DNA of 64,000 nt from a virus. Taxonomy: Duplodnaviria; Caudoviricetes. The stretch covers positions 64,001 through 128,000 of the IMG/VR virus record IMGVR_UViG_3300034065_000151. One strand, 5' to 3'. Made by a program: the position numbers and the translations under genes. Below, piece by piece: positions 27,492 to 38,459 of this stretch; position 1 is the first letter of the stretch; each line of letters opens with the position of its first letter. The notes beneath the pieces are model-generated. The model searched no databases. It was not told the DNA's origin and saw only the letters and a program-made list of their open reading frames with translations.

Positions 27492-28187
27492 ATGCAAGAA
27501 TTTACTACCCTTTTCGAAGCAGCTTTGAGCCCAGAAGCAACCAAAAAAGTTGCTGTCTTTGTGGGTAGATTTCAACCACCAACCCAAGGCCATTACACTG
27601 TCATCGACTTCATCAAGAAATTCATCCGTGATCATAAAAACCTTGGACTAGAAGCTAATCCTGTTATCGTCATTATTGATAATGATAAGTCAAACCAAGA
27701 CAAATCCCGTAACCCTTTATCTGTTGCCGATAGGGAAACATTTATGAAGGCATCTGGTAAAGCTAATGGTTGTGTATTCTTTGATGCACACAATGCATTT
27801 GCTGCTTTTGCTGACCTACGAGACAAAGGATATGAACCAATTGCGATCGCGGCCGGTTCAGATAATGTTGACAATTATATACATATTTTAGACCAGTACT
27901 TTAAGACTGATGATGATAAGGATATCAAGCATTATAAAATTCAGTTAGGTCGTACTGGCAATTCAATAGAATCCAATAAAGAAGAAAAAATCAAAGGATT
28001 GGATTATGCACTCACCCACCTGGAAGATACTGGCGATATTAAAGTTAGTAACATTTCGGCATCATTAGCACGCTTTGCTGTTAAGAAAGATAAACTTGAA
28101 CTATTTGCTAAGATCGTTGGGTTAGAAAATAAATTACCTTTAGCTAAGACTATGTTCAATAAAATAGCTAAAACTGTTAAGGAATAA
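27492..28187 (+). CDS. Cytidylyltransferase-like (HxGH-superfamily) nucleotidyltransferase
   Basis: VGRFQPPTQGH, NPLS..DR, GSD, ISAS. AATAAATA at 27458-27465. Confidence 0.8.
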   Translation: MQEFTTLFEAALSPEATKKVAVFVGRFQPPTQGHYTVIDFIKKFIRDHKNLGLEANPVIVIIDNDKSNQDKSRNPLSVADRETFMKASGKANGCVFFDAHNAFAAFADLRDKGYEPIAIAAGSDNVDNYIHILDQYFKTDDDKDIKHYKIQLGRTGNSIESNKEEKIKGLDYALTHLEDTGDIKVSNISASLARFAVKKDKLELFAKIVGLENKLPLAKTMFNKIAKTVKE

Positions 28188-28189
28188 CT

Positions 28190-29578
28190 ATGGCTACACT
28201 TTCCCAATTACAAGATAATGTAAATGCATATACTGAAAATGTAACTCAAGCAACTAATACATTACAAGTAGCTCAAACTAATCTTAATACTATTGTTGCT
28301 GATCCTAATAGTACAATAGCACAGAAAAGTACTGCACAAATAGCTGTTGGTGATGCTCAAACTGAATTAAATGATAATCAACATAATTTGAATATTGCTC
28401 AAGGGGAATTAGATGCTGCACAAGCCTCTAGTAATCAACCATTACCTGTTCAAACAACTGCACCACAATCTATCATCTCAGATAACTCAATCCCTACCCC
28501 TGCCCTCAAAGCTGCTGAAGGTAGAGATAAACAAGCTGAAACTGGTAATGGTGCCATCTTTACTAATTCTGATGCTAACTCAACTAATATAGTTAATACA
28601 CAAACAGGTACAGTTTCTGTTGTTGATACGACAACTGGAGTAGTTGTTGGTTCTGCTGGTACAACTCCAACTGGTACTCAGCCTGCTAATACAGTTCCTG
28701 TTTCATCTGTTCCATTATCAACCAATGAACGTAAAGTTATCATTACTGGTAACCCAACTACTGGTGGTGGTGATGTTGTTATCTTTGATGCAATGCCTCA
28801 GATTCAAGAACAAGGATCAGCAAATTATGAAAGCTTTACACCTATACAACATCCAGGTGAAATCTTAAAATACAAAGGATCATCAGCGAGAAGTTGGAAT
28901 ATCACCGCACATTTTATTTCCAGAACATCAGCTGAAGCTACTCGTAATATCTATATGCTTAATTTAATCAGAAGTTGGCGTATGCCATACTATGGACAAG
29001 GTACAGCTACTAATCCAGCAACACAACAATTTTTGGGTGCCCCTCCTCCAATCCTTACCTTAAGTGCATACGGAGATTCAATGGTAGGACCTGTTAAGTG
29101 TGTTCTTGAAAACTATGGTACTGACTTTCCAAATGATGTTGATTATATACCAGCGATTGATGGTACACCATTTCCGGTTATTATGAATATAACAGTAACC
29201 CTAAAAGAATCATGGTCTCCTGCAGAATATAGTGGATTCGATTTACAATCATATCGCCTCGGAGATATGAAAGCGGCTTTTACAAAGAGAGCTCCATCAC
29301 CACAGTTATTATCTAATCAGACACCTGCTCAAACAGCAATGACTTTACCGACTTTTTCAGCTGCAGAACCTGTTAACTTAAATCAATTCCAGGTTAATGC
29401 AGCAGGACCTATTACTATGCCTACTAGTTTAGCTGCTAAACAATCATTTGGCCAGGGTGATACTCAGTTACTAAATTCCAAAGCAATACAAAATTCATTA
29501 GCTGATGTTAGTTCATATGGTTCTAGTGCTCCTGAACCATCATTAACTGATCAACTTGGACCGTTACAAGGACCTTAA
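28190..29578 (+). CDS. Baseplate / tail-tube initiator-like structural protein
   Basis: Tube-like central domain (Y.GS..R...I.A.F...PPPIL.L.AYG....I.V.LKE) with low-complexity flanks; precedes gp53. Confidence 0.55.
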   Translation: MATLSQLQDNVNAYTENVTQATNTLQVAQTNLNTIVADPNSTIAQKSTAQIAVGDAQTELNDNQHNLNIAQGELDAAQASSNQPLPVQTTAPQSIISDNSIPTPALKAAEGRDKQAETGNGAIFTNSDANSTNIVNTQTGTVSVVDTTTGVVVGSAGTTPTGTQPANTVPVSSVPLSTNERKVIITGNPTTGGGDVVIFDAMPQIQEQGSANYESFTPIQHPGEILKYKGSSARSWNITAHFISRTSAEATRNIYMLNLIRSWRMPYYGQGTATNPATQQFLGAPPPILTLSAYGDSMVGPVKCVLENYGTDFPNDVDYIPAIDGTPFPVIMNITVTLKESWSPAEYSGFDLQSYRLGDMKAAFTKRAPSPQLLSNQTPAQTAMTLPTFSAAEPVNLNQFQVNAAGPITMPTSLAAKQSFGQGDTQLLNSKAIQNSLADVSSYGSSAPEPSLTDQLGPLQGP

Positions 29579-29580
29579 TT

Positions 29581-29991
29581 ATGACAACTACAACTCCAAT
29601 TGGAACAAACCTTTCCACTAATAATACCAATAGTCTATACAATAAATACTCTCGCTATGAACGTGGCGGTTTATCTGAACAAGCTAATGGATTTATTGAA
29701 TGGTGGGAACGTACTGTATTCCCTAAAGATGCTACTGATATCACTTATGCAGTAGAAAACTTCTATGCTCAACGCCTTGATCTTATTGCTAGTGTCTTTT
29801 ATGATGAACCAAGATGGTGGTGGATCATTGCTCAATACAATAATATTTTAGATCCATTTACAGAAATAACTGCCGGCCGTGTTTTATTAATACCAACCAA
29901 AGCCAGACTCAATTTAATGTTGCCTACTAATCAAGGCGGTACAGGTTCTACAAGAGAATCAGTTAATCTTATATCTCCTATTATATCATAA
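29581..29991 (+). CDS. gp53: Baseplate wedge protein (gp53-like, LysM-type)
   Basis: RLDLIA..FY.....WWIIAQYNNILDP....G..L.IP. Confidence 0.8.
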   Translation: MTTTTPIGTNLSTNNTNSLYNKYSRYERGGLSEQANGFIEWWERTVFPKDATDITYAVENFYAQRLDLIASVFYDEPRWWWIIAQYNNILDPFTEITAGRVLLIPTKARLNLMLPTNQGGTGSTRESVNLISPIIS

Positions 29992-32336
29992 TGACTCAAA
30001 CCAATACAAATTATCCTAATCCTTTAGATAACTTTAGATCATATTCCTATCAATTTGTTATGACAGTTGCTGGAACTACTGAAGCTTTCAGGAAAATGGT
30101 AGGCGGTGGTGGCGCAGCTGGTTCAACTCAACCTGCTCCATTACTCCAAGCAGTCAACACTTCTAAAATTGGTGATCAAATCAACATTGAAGGTGAACGT
30201 GCCTACCTTCTTGTAGATACTCGCCGATTTTCACAGTTCTCTATTACTAATATGTCTCTTGGACATATCTATGGTACTGGTAATCCCAACAACCCATCGA
30301 TGCCATCCACAACCCATACAATGACTCTGATTGATACAACTGGTCTCTCATTCATTAATATGCTTATGGATATCATGAGAAACAAATTGCAGTCATCCAA
30401 GTCTTCTATATTCTTTTTACTGGCAGTTCTTTTCATTGGTCATGATGATGATGGTAATACTGAAACTATCTCCACCACTTATATTCCATTCAGTATCATG
30501 AAACTCGGTATGAAATTTGATAGCTCTGGTGCTATCTTTGATATGGAATTTATTGAACTTCAAGGTGGTAACTTTAGTCAAGGATCAGGTACTCATAATA
30601 ACTACCTTGGTACTATTAACTCTGTGACAACACAAGGTCGTGCCAATACTCTTGGTGGACTTATTAGTTCCCTTGAACAACAATTAAATGTTAACTCATT
30701 TGATATGTTTCAAAAATATAATAATGCTGTTCAAGCAGCTGGTGCTACTAATACCAATCCTACTTCAAACAGATTTGGTAAACTTGTACAGTATATGATT
30801 ACTCTTCCGGATGGTTGGAGTGATTTTGAATTATCTGCTGCTGCTCAATCTGCTAATCTTGAGAAGACATTCCTTGCAAATGGAGCAACACAAAAAGTTG
30901 CTGATGATCAACTAGCTGCGGCTCAAGTAGCTTTATTTAATCTTACCCAAGGTCAAGGTTCTGCTAATGCAACTCCTGCTGATATTGCTGCAGCTAAAGC
31001 TGCTGTAACCTCTGCTTTGAATGCACAAAATAAAACTGCTGCTTCTAATACTGCTGCATATAAAGCCTCACAAGAAAACTTAAGACCATTACAACAACAG
31101 ACTAAGAATAATATTCCTTATAGCCAAATGTCATTCTCATCTAATACAGAAATCACCGATGCGATCCGTGATATCTTGGAATGCTGTGAAGCTGTATTAA
31201 ATTTAGCTAGTGAAGATAAACGCAAAGCTGGAACTGCTGTACTCTGGAAAGTGGTTCCTAATATTACTTGTGATGATATTTCATTCACTTTACACTTTGA
31301 TGTATTTGCTTATCCTATTGAAAAGCCGGTTTCTAATACAACCTCAACTCTTTCTGCTGGTTCAACTAATACCCAAATCATTGGTGGTCCTGCTGGAACT
31401 ATTAGAAATCTATTAACTTATGACTACTTATTCTCCGGATTCAATAGCCATATCAAAGATTTAAATATTAACTTCGATCCAACTGCTGGTGCCTTAATCA
31501 TTGATACTAATGTCAGCCTTGGTAAACCACGTATGGCTATCCTATCTGCTGCAGGTCAAACCACTCAAGCAGTTAATGGTGCATCTGATGGACAAAAGAG
31601 TACCACCAAGTCAGCACCTGATGTTAGAGCTTCTGATCCAATCTTTTTCCCTATCCGTACCACTGACCAACAAACAAATGGTTCTGGTATGAATCTTGAT
31701 GACTTACCAACAACTAATGCAGTTAAGGTTGCACAAGCCAAAGCAGAATATCAACAGACTCTTGCAACAGTTCACTTCATGAGTTCTATGGCTTTAGAAA
31801 TGACAGTTCGTGGTAATCCTAATATCATTAAAAAGTTTGCTGATGCTTCTCAAAAGGGTGGACTGGCACCACATACTGTATTTGTTACTGGTCAAGAACT
31901 AAGTGCCATTCCATTAAACATTACCGTTAGTAATGCACAACAAGATTACTTAAACCTAGAAGCTAAAGTACAAGGTGCTAAAGCAAAATATATCAAGGAT
32001 TATATTACCCCTAAAGTAGATTCTGTTCAGAAAGCTTTAGCTACTAGTGGTGGTGCCAAAGATGCTTTACTAAATGGATTAGATCCAATCTGTACCCCAC
32101 TTTATGCACAGATAAATATCTATGCACCAAATATTGATTACTCAACTGCTGATTTTAAAGATGGTGAGAATTTATTTACCAATGAATTCTTTTATCAAGG
32201 TCCATACTTTATTTCATCTATTGTAACCAACTTTGTTAATGGTGAATTTACCCACACATTTAGTATGATTCCATTCAATACTGATGATTCATACTCCGCT
32301 AATACAAGTACTACACCAACAGCTAAAAAACCATGA
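29991..32336 (+). CDS. Baseplate hub protein (gp27-like)
   Basis: NPLD.F.SYSY start, MTVRGNP, G.Y.I..I...F.NG.FT end; lies between gp53 and gp5. Confidence 0.65.
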   Translation: MTQTNTNYPNPLDNFRSYSYQFVMTVAGTTEAFRKMVGGGGAAGSTQPAPLLQAVNTSKIGDQINIEGERAYLLVDTRRFSQFSITNMSLGHIYGTGNPNNPSMPSTTHTMTLIDTTGLSFINMLMDIMRNKLQSSKSSIFFLLAVLFIGHDDDGNTETISTTYIPFSIMKLGMKFDSSGAIFDMEFIELQGGNFSQGSGTHNNYLGTINSVTTQGRANTLGGLISSLEQQLNVNSFDMFQKYNNAVQAAGATNTNPTSNRFGKLVQYMITLPDGWSDFELSAAAQSANLEKTFLANGATQKVADDQLAAAQVALFNLTQGQGSANATPADIAAAKAAVTSALNAQNKTAASNTAAYKASQENLRPLQQQTKNNIPYSQMSFSSNTEITDAIRDILECCEAVLNLASEDKRKAGTAVLWKVVPNITCDDISFTLHFDVFAYPIEKPVSNTTSTLSAGSTNTQIIGGPAGTIRNLLTYDYLFSGFNSHIKDLNINFDPTAGALIIDTNVSLGKPRMAILSAAGQTTQAVNGASDGQKSTTKSAPDVRASDPIFFPIRTTDQQTNGSGMNLDDLPTTNAVKVAQAKAEYQQTLATVHFMSSMALEMTVRGNPNIIKKFADASQKGGLAPHTVFVTGQELSAIPLNITVSNAQQDYLNLEAKVQGAKAKYIKDYITPKVDSVQKALATSGGAKDALLNGLDPICTPLYAQINIYAPNIDYSTADFKDGENLFTNEFFYQGPYFISSIVTNFVNGEFTHTFSMIPFNTDDSYSANTSTTPTAKKP

Positions 32337-33712
32337 CAACTATCACCGATCGTTTCCCAACCTTTAATCCATTTATCATGGATGGTACCGTTGTATCCAC
32401 TGCCGACCCAGATCAAATGGGACGTGTCCGTGTATGGGTTCCCGCTCTCGATGGTGATGACTTTGTTATCGAACAACTCGCTTGGGCCGAATATGTTTCC
32501 CCTCTCATGGGATTCACGGTCGACTATCAAGCAGGTGAAGGTAATGCACAAAATACTTCCCAAGCTGCCTATGGCTTCTGGGCAATACCTAAAGTTGGAT
32601 CAGAAGTAATGATCTTCTGTAAAAATGGTGATCCTCGTAAACGTTGCTACTTCGCTGCCTCTATGGGACTTCATACCAACCGCTCACTTCCTGCTGGCCG
32701 TAATGTAGATACTCTCGGTAACCAAGGACCATTCGGTGACTCAGGTGATGGTACTGGTAAACTCAACCCAATCCAACCAGCTTATAACAATCTCCGTACC
32801 CAATTCGAAAATAAGATCACTGCCTCTGAAGCACAAACTCGTGGCGCCTATGAACGCCAAGCTGCACAACCCGGTGAAAATAAAGATGGCTCTGAAGGTT
32901 ATTCCACATCACCAGCTGATGCAACCTACTTAGATCCACAAACTTACTGTCTTGTTACTCCTGGTCGTAATGCAATCATCCTTCAAGATGATCCAGCTCA
33001 TGCCCGCTTACGTTTCAAGACTGCTGAAGGTCATCAGATCATCCTCGATGATGCCAATGAACGTATCTATATATCCACCTCGCAAGGTGCCTCCTGGATT
33101 GAAATGGACCAAGACGGCCATATCAATATCTATGGTACAGATTCAGTCTCACTCCGCTCTGGTAAAGATATCAACTTCTATGCTGATGGTAATATCAACT
33201 TTGAAGCCAAAGGTGGTATCAATATGATTGCCGTTAATAATGATGTCAGAATTACAGCTGGTAGTCATTTCCAAGTTCAGGCCACAAAGAATATAGTACA
33301 GACTGCATGTGGATTATTTGATGTGGATGCCGAGTCTGGTATGCATTTATCTGCCACTGGTAATATTGATATGAAAGCCACTAATGCACTTAATGCAACT
33401 GGTATTGCTTCGATCGATATGAGAACTGGTGGTGACCTTAAAGCTACTGGTTCTAAAGGTGTTGATATCCTTGGTGGTCCAGTTAAAATTGGTGGACTTA
33501 CTGTGGATATTGGTGCAACTGCCGGTAATGTTACTATCTCTGGTAATAGTGTCAGTATTGATGGTCCTCCTGCAATGCCTCCTACTTCAGCCCAAACTGC
33601 TGCCGGTGCTTCTTGTGCAGATCAAGCAACTGGACCAGCTATTGTTCCTGGACATGAGCCTTGGACTAGACCTACATCAACCACCAAGCGTGGTCAGTAC
33701 TGGAAACCATGA
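32333..33712 (+). CDS. gp5: Baseplate spike (gp5/VgrG-like: OB fold plus beta-helix), no lysozyme domain
   Basis: DPDQMGRVRVWVP, P.VGSEV, T.EGHQIILDD, beta-helix repeats, P.HEPW terminus. Confidence 0.9.
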   Translation: MTTITDRFPTFNPFIMDGTVVSTADPDQMGRVRVWVPALDGDDFVIEQLAWAEYVSPLMGFTVDYQAGEGNAQNTSQAAYGFWAIPKVGSEVMIFCKNGDPRKRCYFAASMGLHTNRSLPAGRNVDTLGNQGPFGDSGDGTGKLNPIQPAYNNLRTQFENKITASEAQTRGAYERQAAQPGENKDGSEGYSTSPADATYLDPQTYCLVTPGRNAIILQDDPAHARLRFKTAEGHQIILDDANERIYISTSQGASWIEMDQDGHINIYGTDSVSLRSGKDINFYADGNINFEAKGGINMIAVNNDVRITAGSHFQVQATKNIVQTACGLFDVDAESGMHLSATGNIDMKATNALNATGIASIDMRTGGDLKATGSKGVDILGGPVKIGGLTVDIGATAGNVTISGNSVSIDGPPAMPPTSAQTAAGASCADQATGPAIVPGHEPWTRPTSTTKRGQYWKP

Positions 33713-33717
33713 TTTTT

Positions 33718-33755
33718 GTTATCAAGTGTTTCCAATAAATATAATACTTGATAAC
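33718..33755 (+). promoter_or_regulatory. Late promoter AATAAATA (33734-33741) in the loop of a 13-bp inverted repeat
   Basis: gttatcaagtgtt / aatacttgataac. Confidence 0.6.
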
Positions 33756-33769
33756 TATTTTGATTGATT

Positions 33770-34138
33770 ATGGCTTCTAACTACATTGGATTCTCTACAG
33801 CACAATGGGGTAAAACTAAATCGTTTACCTTAACAGGTATCGACATCGTTAAACAAGACCTGCTTAACCATATTTGGACAATCCAAGGTACCAGACTTAT
33901 GATGCCAGCTTTTGGTACTCGTATTCCTATTCTTACCTTTGAACCAAATGATCCAATCACTATCAATATCATCAAAGAAGATTTAACCACTGTATTCAAT
34001 TACGATCCACGTGTTAATCTCATTGCTCTCAATGTAATGAGCATTCCTGCCAATAATACAATTATTGCTGCCGCTGATCTATTCTATGTTGAATATGGTA
34101 TCACCCAATTATTTCAAATTGAAATTCCGTCCCAATAA
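33770..34138 (+). CDS. gp25: Baseplate wedge / sheath initiator (gp25-like)
   Basis: VKQDLLNHI.T..G.R.M.P.FGT.I....FEP, YDPRV. Confidence 0.9.
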   Translation: MASNYIGFSTAQWGKTKSFTLTGIDIVKQDLLNHIWTIQGTRLMMPAFGTRIPILTFEPNDPITINIIKEDLTTVFNYDPRVNLIALNVMSIPANNTIIAAADLFYVEYGITQLFQIEIPSQ

Positions 34139-34155
34139 TTAACCTACTATAAACT

Positions 34156-37100
34156 ATGACAATTATTAACAAATACGCAGCTGAAAGTTGGGATAAGGTT
34201 TATACCGCATTCACTCAAATCAATTTCACTTCTTTCGACTACGATACTGTCAAAGAATCACTAATCCAATACCTGCAAATCTACTACGCTGAATCATATA
34301 ACGATATGATCGAATCGTCAGAATTAATTGCTATTCTAGAAATGTTTGCATATGCTGCTGAATTGATAACCTATCGTGTTGACATAGCTTCGCATGAGAA
34401 CTTTATTACTACTGCCCAACGTAAGCAGTCTATTCTTCGTCTCGCTAAGTTAATTTCATATTCGGCTTCCCGTAATATCCCAGCTCGTGGTTTGGTTAAA
34501 CTTAATACCGTTCGTACCGATCAAACTGTTTATGACTCCCTTGGTAATAACTTAGCCAATGTCACCATCACCTGGAATGATCCATCTAATTCTAATTGGA
34601 AAGAACAATTCTTCTTGGTAATGAACCTGTCTCTTACCACCACCTTCGGCCAACCATCTAAATCATTCCAAGTTGCTGATGTACTCATGCAACAGTATAC
34701 TTTTAACAATAACTTAGCTGCCTTTAATAATGGTGTCTTTGCCTTCAATGCATCTACTACTACCCAGTCTGTGCAGATGGAAGCTGTCCCTATTGATATC
34801 GATGCTAATGGTCCATTTGAACGTTCACCTGACTTAAATGCACAATTCAATATTGTCTATGCTTCTGATGGCCGCGGTGACGGCTCTGATTATACTGGCT
34901 TCCTTCTTTTCGTTAAACAAGGTTCCTTACTTCAAACCAATTATGTTATCCCAGAACCTACTGCTAATCGCCGTATTGAACTTGATGCCATCAATATCAA
35001 TAACACAGACGTCTGGCTTTATGGTGTAGATAATACTGGTACCATTACAGAAAACTGGCTTCCTGTCAATACACTTAATGACCAAACCCTTGCATTTAAT
35101 AACAATACTACAACCAGAAAACAATACTCTATTGATACCCTAGAGAATGACCGTATTGCTATTAACTTCGGTGATGGTAACTTCAGCGATGCCCCAGTCG
35201 GTGCCTACCAAATCTGGACCCGTGTTTCTGCTAACCAAGATATTACCGTACAGAAACAACAGATTGTTAACCAGAAAATGTCTTTCACATACTTGGATAA
35301 TACCAATGTGTCCCATGTGTTTAACATGACATTCTCTCTTACTTCATCACTTCAAAACAACTCTGCTTCTGAAACTATTGAACACGTTCGTCAATCTGCT
35401 CCATCCACCTATTACGCCCAAGATCGTATGGTTAATGGCCAAGATTACAATACCTATATGCTTAAGGATTCTACTATCCTTAAACTCAATACTATCAACC
35501 GTACCTTCGCCGGTCAACCAAAATACATAGAATGGAATGATGCCTCTGGTGCCTACCAAAACATCAAACTATTCGGTGATGACCTCACCATGAACCTATC
35601 CACTTCAGTTGATATGGTTTTGACAACTACTAGTTCCCAAAGTATTATTGATTCTTATATAGAACCATTACTACAGACTAATGCTTTACTTAATACTTTA
35701 ACCCATCAAATTGCAAGTGCGGCCGATAGTTATGGTATCATTTCCTATCCTCGACGTGTTTTCATCGAAGATAACCAAAAGGTCTACTTTGATATCAATG
35801 GTAACCCAGTCAATCCTTACGGTAGACAATTACCTTCACCCGCTCAAATAGCTGCTAATGCTGCATCTCCTGCACCATTACCATTATCCCAGATTGGTAC
35901 CCCTTTACATACTGGTGATGGTTCCCTATTAGAAAAGACTGTTATCCAAGGTGCACTTGATAATCATTGGTATGGTTCACCTACCTCTACTGTTACTATT
36001 AATGGTACTATCTCAGGTGTTATTCCTGATCCTGTTGCCGATCCAAGTTCTGATAGCAATATCTATGCACCTAATATGCCAAGAACTATTGATGGTGTCA
36101 ATCTATATCCACCTGGTGATACTGGTTCTGGTTTCCAAAATATTAACCTTCAACAGTATTTCGGGTTGAAATATAACCGATTCCTACAGGCATTTGGTAC
36201 TGGTGATATTGCCCTTTATAACGTGAATGACTTCGTGCTATTAACCCCACCACAATTACCACCAACCCAGAACTGGGGATATGGTGATGGTGCACCCAAT
36301 AGCATTACTAATTCAAATGGTACCCTTGATAGTTCTCATAATCCTGTACCTTGTCCATGTAATGGATTGAATGCCTATAACTATAAAATGGAAGTCCTTA
36401 CAATTGAAATGACTTCTGATAGTACTACCTTTGCTATTACCAGTAATATCCGTGGTACTTTGCCTAGCTATAGCCTTACTAAAGCCGCTTCTGTTACCAA
36501 TCCACAACCACGCTGGTCACAACAATCTCCTACTGCAGTTCCTTGCGATTTCATTATTTCAAATGGTACTACTCAGTATAAGGCAGGTGATGCATTTGTC
36601 ATCAATATTACGTTCCAAAATGGCCAATGGGGTTCCGTTGTTCGCTCATTCGGCACAAATAATGCACATAAAGCTAACCTTTCAGGATGGTGGGAATTAA
36701 TCCCAGAAACGGTCATTAATGGATCTACTGCTGAAGGTGGCTTAAACCTATTCACTCAAGGCGCTTCTGACGGTCCTAACTCAGTTCAAGCCATGACATT
36801 TGACCAAGGTTCAGCCGGATCATCATGGATATTCTTAGTCGCTTCAACTCTTTCCACCTCTGGAACAGTTGCTAGCTGGTCTATCTATAACCGTGATATG
36901 AAGATCATTGCATCCAGTCCTACTACTAAGTTCTGGTTCAATACCGCTTCACAAATCCTTGACCCACAAACCCTAAAACCTCTTTATGACAAGATTCGTA
37001 TCCTTCGCTCTAACCTCGACGAACTCGGTATGCCTCTTAAACAAGCTGATATCTATGACTGCGTAAACTTTGTCTATGATATCAATGGTGAAGTTATTAC

Positions 37101-38112
37101 CAATTCCCTTGAATTACTTCCTACTGATACCAGTACATTCACCCTTGCCGGTAACGGTTCTCCTGATAATATCCTTCAGTTCGAAAACTTTGCCCAGAAC
37201 TCCTACCAGTTCACTGTCATCAATGTTACCGATCCTACTAATCCTATCATCGATAATGTCCTTAACTGCTCAGACTATACCTATATCTCTGGCTATGATA
37301 TGACACAATATGATATCAATGGCTATGACTCAGGCGTCATCTCAGTCACTGGATTCTCACAACCATTCAACTTCATCCCCGGCTCTTTCATGTCATCCAA
37401 TACAGTCAATGGATTCCAAATCGCCAGACAACTCTACGTACCAGCTCCTGCTGTTGTCAGTCCTACTACTAACCAATACAGCTGTAATATCACTACTGGT
37501 CTTGATTTCATGTGGCAACATTACACTCCGGACTCTAACCTTATTGACCCATCACCAAGTAATATCCATGATGCCTTCTTGTTAACATCTGGCTATTATA
37601 CATCGGTAATGGATTATGTGAATGGATTTACTACTGTAGCTCCACAGCCACCTACTCCTCTCGATCTATTAACTTCTTATGGTTACCTTCTCGAGAATAA
37701 GATGTTGTCTGATACACTTGTCCTTCATTCAGGTAAGATTAAACTTCTATTCGGTTCCCTTGCTGATCAAACCCTTCGTGCTAAATTCAGTGTTATCATG
37801 GCACCTACTGCTACCTTCTCATCAGAACGTATCAAACAAGAAGTTATTAATACCATCAACACCTATTTCACAATACAATCATGGGACTTCGGCCAATCCT
37901 TCTATGCTACCGAACTATTGTCTCTTATTCACCAAGCCTTACCTACACAGATTTCATCAGTAGTTATTGTGCCCACCTATAGCGTTAACTCATTCGGCTC
38001 TCTATTCACTATCAATGCAGGCTTCGATGAAGTCCTTCAATCCTGCACCCAAGTAACAGATGTGGAGATTGTTGCTGCTTTAACACCATCAGTTATTAGA
38101 CAGGTTGTTTAA
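34156..38112 (+). CDS. gp6: Baseplate wedge protein (gp6-like) with a large central insertion
   Basis: DYD..K..L..YL, ENFI.TA....S..RLAKL.SY, FGDG, ETIE.VR..AP..Y..QDRMV...DY. Confidence 0.9.
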   Translation: MTIINKYAAESWDKVYTAFTQINFTSFDYDTVKESLIQYLQIYYAESYNDMIESSELIAILEMFAYAAELITYRVDIASHENFITTAQRKQSILRLAKLISYSASRNIPARGLVKLNTVRTDQTVYDSLGNNLANVTITWNDPSNSNWKEQFFLVMNLSLTTTFGQPSKSFQVADVLMQQYTFNNNLAAFNNGVFAFNASTTTQSVQMEAVPIDIDANGPFERSPDLNAQFNIVYASDGRGDGSDYTGFLLFVKQGSLLQTNYVIPEPTANRRIELDAININNTDVWLYGVDNTGTITENWLPVNTLNDQTLAFNNNTTTRKQYSIDTLENDRIAINFGDGNFSDAPVGAYQIWTRVSANQDITVQKQQIVNQKMSFTYLDNTNVSHVFNMTFSLTSSLQNNSASETIEHVRQSAPSTYYAQDRMVNGQDYNTYMLKDSTILKLNTINRTFAGQPKYIEWNDASGAYQNIKLFGDDLTMNLSTSVDMVLTTTSSQSIIDSYIEPLLQTNALLNTLTHQIASAADSYGIISYPRRVFIEDNQKVYFDINGNPVNPYGRQLPSPAQIAANAASPAPLPLSQIGTPLHTGDGSLLEKTVIQGALDNHWYGSPTSTVTINGTISGVIPDPVADPSSDSNIYAPNMPRTIDGVNLYPPGDTGSGFQNINLQQYFGLKYNRFLQAFGTGDIALYNVNDFVLLTPPQLPPTQNWGYGDGAPNSITNSNGTLDSSHNPVPCPCNGLNAYNYKMEVLTIEMTSDSTTFAITSNIRGTLPSYSLTKAASVTNPQPRWSQQSPTAVPCDFIISNGTTQYKAGDAFVINITFQNGQWGSVVRSFGTNNAHKANLSGWWELIPETVINGSTAEGGLNLFTQGASDGPNSVQAMTFDQGSAGSSWIFLVASTLSTSGTVASWSIYNRDMKIIASSPTTKFWFNTASQILDPQTLKPLYDKIRILRSNLDELGMPLKQADIYDCVNFVYDINGEVITNSLELLPTDTSTFTLAGNGSPDNILQFENFAQNSYQFTVINVTDPTNPIIDNVLNCSDYTYISGYDMTQYDINGYDSGVISVTGFSQPFNFIPGSFMSSNTVNGFQIARQLYVPAPAVVSPTTNQYSCNITTGLDFMWQHYTPDSNLIDPSPSNIHDAFLLTSGYYTSVMDYVNGFTTVAPQPPTPLDLLTSYGYLLENKMLSDTLVLHSGKIKLLFGSLADQTLRAKFSVIMAPTATFSSERIKQEVINTINTYFTIQSWDFGQSFYATELLSLIHQALPTQISSVVIVPTYSVNSFGSLFTINAGFDEVLQSCTQVTDVEIVAALTPSVIRQVV

Positions 38113-38459
38113 TGAACCTATATCAATTCCATACAATACCTGAGTCACTCCATAAACATGCAGTTGCTCAGGAAACTGTACCTGAACTCGTCTGGAAGAA
38201 ATATAAAAATGATCCCGAAGAACTAAAGAAATATGAAAACGTTCTCGCTAAATCCCCACAATATGCCTGCCAATATGCTATTGATATTCTCGGTAAAGCT
38301 TTCCCTAAAGGTGAACCTGCTATCATGAAAGATGCCTGGTATGCAGCCTGGTATGCCATGGATATTAAAGATAAACGATGGAAAGCCGCCGAACCAACCA
38401 TCTTCGACGACGAAGAAGCTGCTAAAGACTATATCCGCTACTTTGGAATCAATCGATGA
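38112..38459 (+). CDS. Helical-repeat family protein (2 repeats)
   Basis: MNLYQFH head plus ~25-aa YA..YA..IL...FP.GE.AI repeats. Confidence 0.8.
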   Translation: MNLYQFHTIPESLHKHAVAQETVPELVWKKYKNDPEELKKYENVLAKSPQYACQYAIDILGKAFPKGEPAIMKDAWYAAWYAMDIKDKRWKAAEPTIFDDEEAAKDYIRYFGINR

